DNA of 64,000 nucleotides from an uncultured virus (IMG/VR IMGVR_UViG_3300035422_000155) (Duplodnaviria; Heunggongvirae; Uroviricota; Caudoviricetes): IMG/VR virus record IMGVR_UViG_3300035422_000155; one strand, 5' to 3'. Shown piece by piece: positions 56,813 to 64,000 of this stretch (position 1 is its first letter; each line of letters starts with the position of its first letter). The notes under the pieces were generated by a model. It saw only the letters and a program-made list of their open reading frames with translations, ran no database searches and was not told where the DNA came from. The position numbers and the translations under genes were made by a program.

Positions 56813-57487
56813 ATGAACGAAAGTGATTCTGTTAAAAAGTTAGTAATGGATTTAGCTTCGCAGATTACATTGAGTGAGCATTTGGATACTGTCCGTTTTC
56901 AGTTACGGCCGCCGGAATATTTATATGGGGATTATATATCGGTGACGTTTTATAAAGAGCAGCAGGCAGTTAGTAATCTTTTTCCGATAGACGAGTTTTT
57001 AAAGATGGAATCGGATTTCCGTCCGTTCGCAATCAACACATATCTGACAACGATGGTAAATAAATTGAGAGGACAATGAAGATGGATGCTAAAAACTGCA
57101 CCACTTGCTCCAAAGCTATATTTTGTGAATCGTGGGGCGAGTACAAATGCAAAGAACGAAAAGAATGGATAGCTGATACGGACGAGGGAGCCTGCTGCGG
57201 ATTATATTCCAAAGGGACTCCCTCAACTGATTGTCACTGTGAAACATGTGAGGAAAGAGGTGCAATAGAAGATGATTGCTGAAAAAGATATTTTGGTTCT
57301 GAAATGTAATGCATTTTTAAGACCAAAAGAAATGAACGTATTATATCGTTCTGTTTATGAACAAATGGATACTGGCATAGTCATAGTGCCTCCTTATGTC
57401 GAACCTATTTTGGTTCCGGCTGGAACAGAAATAAAAATATCCGAATTTGTATCGTCAAACGAGAAAGGAGAAAACAAAGATGAATGA
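56813..57487 (+). other. Three small overlapping phage ORFs (56813-57079, 57076-57282 Cys-rich, 57272-57487)
   Basis: RBS or overlapping starts. Confidence 0.55.
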
Positions 57488-57944
57488 TTGGAAATGTCGA
57501 TTTCAGCAAGAGCCGATAGATAATAAACCCCATTTTATATTTGGTGGCAGAGGGTCTGGAAAAACAACAAGACTTATAAAAGAGGCTTCCGAAACCAACG
57601 GAGTTATCGTTTGTCCTACGCTTAAAATGGCTGATTATATTTGTAATTTGGCGTGGAAGCTTAATTACAACATTCGTAGACCAATCACATATGAAGAAGC
57701 ATTTGGGCCTTATGATGACAGAAGAGCGAGTCATTATTTTGACAACTATGGAATTGAGTTGTGGAATGTTCTTCGCAGGAAACTTAATGTATTTGAACAC
57801 TATAAGACCGAAACCATAGTCATTGATGAGGATTCTATTAAATCCTTAAATGATATTTTGGACGGACTTAAAGTTACCGATATGGATGGTCGGGAATTGA
57901 GATTTAAAATTGAAGTTTTAGGGAGGAATGAGAGTAATGATTAA
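57480..57944 (+). CDS. Small P-loop protein
   Basis: GGRGSGKTT; VIDE. Confidence 0.6.
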   Translation: MNDWKCRFQQEPIDNKPHFIFGGRGSGKTTRLIKEASETNGVIVCPTLKMADYICNLAWKLNYNIRRPITYEEAFGPYDDRRASHYFDNYGIELWNVLRRKLNVFEHYKTETIVIDEDSIKSLNDILDGLKVTDMDGRELRFKIEVLGRNESND

Positions 57945-58701
57945 AATTGAAAATTTTGAAGTAATGGGATGGGAGCATGTTATTCGTGGGATGCGGAATC
58001 CGATGAACAGTTGGAATAAGTCCGACAGTGGTATCTGTAAAGGCGGCGATGATGGAATCGGGTGCGAAAACTGTGCTGTGGAGATGCCTTGTACGCATCC
58101 TTATGACCATTCGTGGAAACTTGGCAAAGCAGATCACGAACTGATGATGAAGCTGGCAAAGGCTGGTTCGGTTCATGGAAAATTCCGCCGGATGATTACG
58201 GTTTATGTGGATATTACGGCTCCGTTATATTGGTGGAAAGAGTTTGATACATACAAGGTAGGCACCGTAGCCAACTCCTGCTCCACCATGCACAAAATCC
58301 ATGCCAAGGAGTTTACGCTGGATGATTTCTCGCATGAGCATTTGCTTGACATCAACGACAATAAACTCATGGATGATCTCGAACAGTTGGGAGACGACGA
58401 GGTCTTGGGCATATTAAATACGCCGGTCGAAGACTTACAATATACTATCGGAAAATTAAATGCGTATCGTGAACTTTTCCTCAAAACCAAAAATAAAACT
58501 TGGTGGTGGCAGATGATTCAGTCTCTTCCCAGTTCTTACAATCAGAAGCGGACGGTCATGCTGAACTATGAGGTTCTGTCCAACATCCACCAGTACCGGC
58601 GGGAACATAAGCTGGACGAGTGGTGTGAGTTCTGCCAGTGGATCGAGACGCTTCCGTACAGCGAGATTATTACCTGCAATGCGAAAGGAGAGGAAAAGTG
58701 A
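57937..58701 (+). CDS. Divergent ThyX-like protein
   Basis: H.KF.R.I.V..DI.AP.YWW.EFDTY..S.ST..; LP.SY; R..H; family recalled, not searched. Confidence 0.5.
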   Translation: MIKIENFEVMGWEHVIRGMRNPMNSWNKSDSGICKGGDDGIGCENCAVEMPCTHPYDHSWKLGKADHELMMKLAKAGSVHGKFRRMITVYVDITAPLYWWKEFDTYKVGTVANSCSTMHKIHAKEFTLDDFSHEHLLDINDNKLMDDLEQLGDDEVLGILNTPVEDLQYTIGKLNAYRELFLKTKNKTWWWQMIQSLPSSYNQKRTVMLNYEVLSNIHQYRREHKLDEWCEFCQWIETLPYSEIITCNAKGEEK

Positions 58702-59118
58702 AGATTGGAGGGAAATTATCTGCAATAACCAAAGGGTTAATTGCTCCTCAGGAAGTTATCGGAAAACCAATATCTGTTGACGGCGTGATAGTAGGAAAAG
58801 TAGTGGGGATCAATGAGACAGCAGATTTATTTTTCGGGAAGATTTTCGACAATGTTCTTATAAACTTTGTAACTCCGAGTAGTTGTAGTTGTGAAATAAA
58901 GGAGGGCACTAATGACTAAAAAGGAATTTGAAGATTTAGATAGCAAAAGCAAGAGACGTGCCGCTCAAAAAGCATTGGCCTGGTTTTGCGTTCTTACTTC
59001 GGTCAGATTTCCATTTATAGATATTACAAGTAAAGAGGAAGCTGAAACTGTTAAAATCATTCTTGGTAAATATATGAATGAGGAATTGAAGGAGGTAGAG
59101 AATGAGCGCACAGTATGA
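58698..59118 (+). other. Two small phage ORFs (58698-58919, 58912-59118)
   Basis: RBS and overlapping starts. Confidence 0.5.
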
Positions 59119-59626
59119 TTTATATTTACAGCAGCATCGTGCTAATGTTTATAAAGGATTTGAGTGGATTCGGGAAAATCTTCCGGAGCTGGTAAAAGAT
59201 GGTGTGGCTTGGCAGGCCGAATTTGCACATGATGCTTCTAAGAATGAGACGGATGAGTACGAAGCCTATGATAGATATTTCTACGGCAACAACAAATCTT
59301 ATCAGGTTGTGCAGGATTACAGACGGGCGTGGCTTTTGCATCTTCATCGGAATCCTCATCACTGGCAGTATTGGGTTCTCATCAACGATGATCCGAATGA
59401 GGGAGAGATTGCTCTGGACATGCCTTATAATTATGTTCTTGAAATGATATGTGACTGGTGGGCATTTAGCTGGCAGAAAGGGAAACTGTTTGAGATATTC
59501 GACTGGTATGACGAGCATAAGGCTTATATGAAGCTGAGCGACGCTACGAGGAAGACCGTTGATGATATTCTCGAAAAGATGAGGGTGAAGCTGACCGAAA
59601 TCTCTACGGGAGGAGATGAGAAATGA
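59102..59626 (+). CDS. HD-superfamily (DUF5662-like) protein
   Basis: H..V, HD.SK, H..NPHH, EMICDW. Confidence 0.7.
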   Translation: MSAQYDLYLQQHRANVYKGFEWIRENLPELVKDGVAWQAEFAHDASKNETDEYEAYDRYFYGNNKSYQVVQDYRRAWLLHLHRNPHHWQYWVLINDDPNEGEIALDMPYNYVLEMICDWWAFSWQKGKLFEIFDWYDEHKAYMKLSDATRKTVDDILEKMRVKLTEISTGGDEK

Positions 59627-59916
59627 TGTCGGAAATAATTGAACAGATTACCAGGGAAATAGCATCTCAGTACGATGATATGATTGAAAAGGCATTGAAG
59701 CAATGCGGATTTACAATGCAATACTATACAGAACATCCGAAAGAATTTTTGTGGATTAGAGACGGCATCAATCCCATAAACGGGAAGTTACATTGGTTAG
59801 GCCAATATTTATTCTCTGTTACTGAGCATCTTAATTACGATGACCGACACAACAAATATGTTGCGGAGATAAAGGTTGAGTTTGGAGAAGGGATGGTGAA
59901 ACATGAAGTTTCTTGA
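59623..59916 (+). CDS. Phage hypothetical protein
   Basis: Overlapping start, RBS. Confidence 0.55.
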   Translation: MMSEIIEQITREIASQYDDMIEKALKQCGFTMQYYTEHPKEFLWIRDGINPINGKLHWLGQYLFSVTEHLNYDDRHNKYVAEIKVEFGEGMVKHEVS

Positions 59917-59997
59917 AATGATTGATAATCCTATTTTATGGTTTGTAATCGGGCTGCTGTTAAGCATTATCTTTAGAAATCGAGGAGGAAAACAAAA

Positions 59998-60210
59998 ATG
60001 ACATTTGTACAGATTATAATTGCGTTTCTTATCGCCTATCTTTGTGTCTACGCATTGATTAACCGGGTATGCCAATGTATCGAACACTGTGCAACGGCCA
60101 GAGCATATTCCAAGTTCAGGGAGAGTGGAATGTCGTTAAAGATGGACGATGTTGAAGCCGGCATCAAGAAAAGTAACAAAGAAAAAGAAAACATAAAAGA
60201 GATATTTTAG
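59998..60210 (+). CDS. Small membrane-anchored protein
   Basis: GAGGAGG RBS; N-terminal TM. Confidence 0.6.
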   Translation: MTFVQIIIAFLIAYLCVYALINRVCQCIEHCATARAYSKFRESGMSLKMDDVEAGIKKSNKEKENIKEIF

Positions 60211-60416
60211 GAAACATCCGAGGAGCCGTGTAACAGCGGCTCTTCCTTTTGCAAAAAAAAAATGGAGGGTAGTTAAAATGATTGAAAAAATCAAAAAGTG
60301 GTTTTTAAAACATTTCGATTACAAGATTGTGGGTGATTATTTAGATACTTCTGACGGCATCCACTATACGAAAAAATACATCAAAAAATATTACTGGAAA
60401 GGCAAAAAATGAGAAC

Positions 60417-60575
60417 ATGTTTAAACGAGAATTATTGAAAAACAAGCTCTACGGAGTTGTCATAATAGGCTTAGGAGCGTTGTCTGTCCCCATTGAATGG
60501 GATGGGACGTTCTTTTTATTTACTTTGATGGCTGGTTGCGGACTGATATTTGCAAAGGAGAACTGGATTGTATAG
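60417..60575 (+). CDS. 52-aa two-TM protein
   Basis: MFKRELLKNKLYGVVIIGLG..IFAKENWIV*. Confidence 0.55.
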   Translation: MFKRELLKNKLYGVVIIGLGALSVPIEWDGTFFLFTLMAGCGLIFAKENWIV

Positions 60576-61137
60576 TATATTTACGTTGTCTGAAAGGAGA
60601 AAACATGAATCATCCAATTATTGCAATGATAGGAAGTTCTCGCTTTAGAGAAGATTATGAAAGAGAGGCTAAAGAACTTACCTTAAATGGTGCTTTGGTA
60701 ATTCCACTCATATTTTATAGGGAGAACGATAATGACTTTGAAATAGCTGTAAAAAACTCAGAAATTTTAAAAGAAATTTGTAACAAAAAAATAGAAATAG
60801 CCGACGTCATTTTTGTTGTAAATAAAGATGGTTATATAGGAAAACGAACCAAGGAAACCATTGAATATGCAGAATCTTTAAATAAACCAATTTGGTATAT
60901 GGAATGGTATAGCAAAGTTCGCACTCTTGAAAAACCTTTAAAGGACCCTAACAGAATCATATTTGAATTGCGTGATATTGCTGATTGCAATGGTGAAGCT
61001 TTAATTGGACTGCGTTGTAAAGAAGCGGTCGATTGTATTACACAGCTTTTTGGTGATGTGAATTATCTGAGAGAATTCGGAACTGGTGTATTTTAAATCA
61101 CGCTTTACTTATTTTTCAAAGGAGAACTGGATTGTAT
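60553..61137. repeat. 21-bp direct repeat CAAAGGAGAACTGGATTGTAT (60553-60573, 61117-61137)
   Basis: Exact duplication flanking one gene. Confidence 0.85.
60605..61096 (+). CDS. Nucleoside-deoxyribosyltransferase-like protein, paralog of 34726
   Basis: IAMIGS.RF..KI..AD.IFVVN.DGYIG..T. Confidence 0.6.
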   Translation: MNHPIIAMIGSSRFREDYEREAKELTLNGALVIPLIFYRENDNDFEIAVKNSEILKEICNKKIEIADVIFVVNKDGYIGKRTKETIEYAESLNKPIWYMEWYSKVRTLEKPLKDPNRIIFELRDIADCNGEALIGLRCKEAVDCITQLFGDVNYLREFGTGVF

Positions 61138-61642
61138 GAACTATCAAAAAATTACACCAATCAGTATAGCAGATGGTGATGGATGCAGAGTCGTTTTATG
61201 GGTATCCGGGTGCGAACACAACTGCTATAACTGTCATAACCCTGATACGCATGACCTCTCATCAGGATATTTGTTTAATGAGACTGCGGAAAAAAGACTT
61301 TTCGACCTGTTAAAGCCGAATTATATTTCCGGCCTCACATTCAGTGGTGGCGATCCGTTGTATCCGCTTAATCGAGACGAGATTACACGACTGGCAAGAC
61401 GGCTTAAAACAGAAATGCCGGAGAAAACTATTTGGCTTTATACCGGTTATCTCTATAAACAAATTTGTGATTTAGAAGTATTAAGATTCGTAGATGTGTT
61501 GGTGGACGGCCCATATGTGGATGCTCAAAGATGCGTTGGTAAATTTTACGGAAGTACAAATCAGCGTATCATTCAAAATCCACCACTATTATATTTAGGT
61601 TTAAAAGAAGAGGTCATATCGCAGGAAAAACATCTCCTATAA
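61136..61642 (+). CDS. nrdG: Anaerobic ribonucleotide reductase activating protein
   Basis: G.G.RVVLWVSGCEHNCYNCHN, GGDP, W.YTG, VDG, GS.NQR. Confidence 0.92.
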   Translation: MNYQKITPISIADGDGCRVVLWVSGCEHNCYNCHNPDTHDLSSGYLFNETAEKRLFDLLKPNYISGLTFSGGDPLYPLNRDEITRLARRLKTEMPEKTIWLYTGYLYKQICDLEVLRFVDVLVDGPYVDAQRCVGKFYGSTNQRIIQNPPLLYLGLKEEVISQEKHLL

Positions 61643-61661
61643 TGAAAGGAGAGTGAGTTTT

Positions 61662-61946
61662 ATGTTTAATAAAATTAGAGATTTTATGGACACGAATGTA
61701 TCAATGATTATCTTAATGGATACTGAGGAAGAATTATCGATTTTGGCAAAAATATTTTGTAGTATAGGCAGAGAAAGATTGTCTTATGAGATGTATAAGG
61801 ATGATATTACTGCTTATATGATTGAGGTGTCTATGCCGTATAATCGATATTTAAAAATGATGAAGTTACTGATAAAAAATGGATATAATTTACGTCCCGA
61901 ATCTAAAGCAGACATAATTCAACGAATGGTAAAGACTGAGTCCTAA
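61662..61946 (+). CDS. AT-rich hypothetical protein (isolated cassette gene, ends ES*)
   Basis: Motif at 61619 and RBS; stop inside exact hairpin 61938. Confidence 0.65.
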   Translation: MFNKIRDFMDTNVSMIILMDTEEELSILAKIFCSIGRERLSYEMYKDDITAYMIEVSMPYNRYLKMMKLLIKNGYNLRPESKADIIQRMVKTES

Positions 61947-61999
61947 CAAGGGCTCTTTCTTTTTCATATTTATAAAGTTAAGAACGGAGGTATGTAACA

Positions 62000-64000
62000 T
62001 TGATAACTAAAATCATTAAACGAGACGGCACCGAGGTAGACTTCAATGCAGAGAAGATCTGGAACGCTATCAGCAAGGCAAATGCGGAAGTTGAAACGAA
62101 AAACAAAATCAACGATCTTGGTATTGACATTGCCACCAAGATGGTTGTGGAGCAGCTTAACAAACTCAGTCGTGCAATCGAAGTTGAGGAAATTCAGGAG
62201 ATTGTGGAAACCGAGCTGATGAAGATGAAGGCTTATGAGGTAGCCAAATGTTATATTCGGTATCGCTACGACCATAAGCTGAAGAGGGAATCCGACACCG
62301 ACAAGAAGATTCTCAGTCTGGTTGAGTACAACAACGAAGCTGTCAAGCAGGAGAACAGCAACAAAGATCCGGAAATCATTCCCACTCAGAGGGATTATAT
62401 TGCGGGGGAAATCTCCAAAGACATTACCATGCGGAAACTTCTGCCGGAAGCAGTTGTGAAGGCGCATAATGACGGTTTGATCCACTTCCACGATTCGGAC
62501 TATTTCATCCAGCACTCCCACAACTGTTGTCTCGTGAATCTTGAGGACATGCTTCAGAACGGCACTGTGATATCCGGTACGTTGATCGAAAAGCCTCATA
62601 CCTTCAGCACCGCCTGCAACATTGCGACACAGATTATCGCACAGGTAGCAAGTTCCCAGTACGGCGGACAGTCTATCAGTCTGGCACATCTGGCTCCGTT
62701 TGTGGATGATACCCGGCAGCGTTTCCGTAAGAAGTATGAGGATTTGCGAGATTTCATGGATAAGACGGACTATGATATTTTCATTGAGCGGCTAGTGTCT
62801 GAGGACATTACCAAGGGTGTACAGACGATTCAGTACCAGGTGGTGACTCTGATGACTACCAATGGTCAGGCGCCGTTTATCACGGTCTACATGGATATCA
62901 ACGAGGCTAAGAACGACAGGGAACGGAAAGACCTTGCCGCAATCATTGAGGAAACTCTGAAGCAGCGTATTCAGGGTGTAAAGAATGAAGTGGGTGTTTG
63001 GATCACTCCGGCGTTTCCGAAACTCATCTATGCTCTGGACGAGGACAACGTCTATCCGGATTCGGAATATTTCTATCTCACGAAGATTGCTGCATTCTGT
63101 ACCGCCAAACGGATGGTGCCGGATTATATTTCCAATAAGATTGAGCGGGAGCTGAAGAATGGAGACACTTACACTTGTATGGGCTGTCGTTCTTTCCTGA
63201 CACCGGATCGGACGACTAAGAACTACTCGAAATGCAGGAACTGGACAGCCGGTCACAAATACTACGGACGGTTCAATCAGGGTGTGGTTACAATCAATCT
63301 CCCTGATGTGGCGCTGAGTTCCGGCGGTGACTTCGATAAGTTCGATGATATTCTCAAAGACCGTCTGGAAAATATCTGCTATCCGGCTTTAATGGCTCGG
63401 CATAACCGATTAAAAGGAACCAGCTCGAATGTTGCTCCGATTCTTTGGCAGTATGGCGCATTGGCACGGTTGGATAAGGACGAGCCGATTGATCAGCTTC
63501 TCTATCATGGATATTCTACGATCAGCCTTGGCTATGCGGGTTTGTATGAGTGCGTAAGATACATGACCGGCGAATCTCATACGGCAGGTGGTAAAGACTT
63601 TGCGCTGCATGTGATGCGGACGCTGAACGAGTTTACCGCTAAGTGGAAAGCAGAAACGGATATTGACTTCTCCCTGTATGGAACTCCACTGGAATCCACA
63701 ACGTACAAGTTTGCTAAGAGCTTGCAGAAGCGGTTTGATATTGTTCCTGGCGTGACAGACAAGAATTATATTACCAACAGCTATCACGTCCATGTGACGG
63801 AGCCGATAGACGCCTTCACAAAACTGGCTTTTGAATCTGAATTCCAGGAGCTTAGCCCTGGTGGAGCAATCAGCTATGTCGAGGTCCCGAACATGGATAA
63901 TAACATTCCGGCTGTTATCTCTGTCATTCGTTATATTTATGACAACATTATGTATGCAGAGTTGAATACTCGGAGTGATTACTGCCAGGTTTGTGGTTTT
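62000..64000 (+). CDS. nrdD: Anaerobic (class III) ribonucleoside-triphosphate reductase, 3'-partial
   Basis: TTG after GGAGG; ATP-cone IIKRDG..F..EKI, HNCC, SSQYGGQS, MGCRS, GRFNQGVVTINL, YGTP.ES, DYCQVCG; open to window end. Confidence 0.92.
   Translation, partial: MITKIIKRDGTEVDFNAEKIWNAISKANAEVETKNKINDLGIDIATKMVVEQLNKLSRAIEVEEIQEIVETELMKMKAYEVAKCYIRYRYDHKLKRESDTDKKILSLVEYNNEAVKQENSNKDPEIIPTQRDYIAGEISKDITMRKLLPEAVVKAHNDGLIHFHDSDYFIQHSHNCCLVNLEDMLQNGTVISGTLIEKPHTFSTACNIATQIIAQVASSQYGGQSISLAHLAPFVDDTRQRFRKKYEDLRDFMDKTDYDIFIERLVSEDITKGVQTIQYQVVTLMTTNGQAPFITVYMDINEAKNDRERKDLAAIIEETLKQRIQGVKNEVGVWITPAFPKLIYALDEDNVYPDSEYFYLTKIAAFCTAKRMVPDYISNKIERELKNGDTYTCMGCRSFLTPDRTTKNYSKCRNWTAGHKYYGRFNQGVVTINLPDVALSSGGDFDKFDDILKDRLENICYPALMARHNRLKGTSSNVAPILWQYGALARLDKDEPIDQLLYHGYSTISLGYAGLYECVRYMTGESHTAGGKDFALHVMRTLNEFTAKWKAETDIDFSLYGTPLESTTYKFAKSLQKRFDIVPGVTDKNYITNSYHVHVTEPIDAFTKLAFESEFQELSPGGAISYVEVPNMDNNIPAVISVIRYIYDNIMYAELNTRSDYCQVCGF

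Larger units (their letters stand above)
31113..61645 (+). promoter_or_regulatory. Dispersed phage motif TCGCA-N4-WTACA-N7-TWATGR, 15 copies
   Basis: Starts at 31113, 31287, 31536, 31813, 32350, 32918, 33392, 34058, 34372, 34684, 35036, 36686, 39107, 52236, 61619; invariant spacing, all upstream of genes. Confidence 0.8.
31263..61964 (+). terminator. Dispersed hairpin family GAGTCC-TAACAA-GGGCTC-TTTCT and variants
   Basis: Exact 23-mer at 31456, 32028, 33654, 34347, 52548, 61938; variants at 31263, 31785, 33360, 34655, 35009, 36889, 39494, 60223. Confidence 0.85.
28600..64000. mobile_element. Prophage, left part (extends beyond the window)
   Basis: Integrase next to a disrupted host gene, followed by ~34 kb of tightly packed co-oriented phage-type genes. 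Confidence 0.9.

Overview
Two regions, apparently from a Lachnospiraceae/Clostridia-like gut Firmicute (inferred from gene content). (1) 1-~28600 is a host surface-glycan or flagellin-glycosylation island: TagF-like, LicD, cytidylyltransferases, PdxA-like, radical SAM, Maf/DUF115, NeuB/KdsC/SDR/DegT ulosonic-acid module and GT2/GT4. Embedded in it is a TnpB/Cas12-like gene (4354-5679) with all three RuvC catalytic residues substituted. It is divergent from an epimerase gene across a region holding a perfect 26-bp inverted repeat around leftward promoters and a structured 5' leader. (2) ~28600->64000 is the left part of a prophage that appears to have integrated into, and truncated, a radical SAM gene. 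It carries a tyrosine integrase, an array of small gene cassettes each bounded by a fixed-spacing promoter-like motif (15 copies) and a conserved hairpin that often supplies the stop codon, an anticodon-less tRNA-like RNA, a probable DGR target gene, a helicase-primase-exonuclease-PolB fusion with an internal start, an SSB-like gene, a helicase and nrdG/nrdD. All family assignments come from motif recognition; no database search was run.
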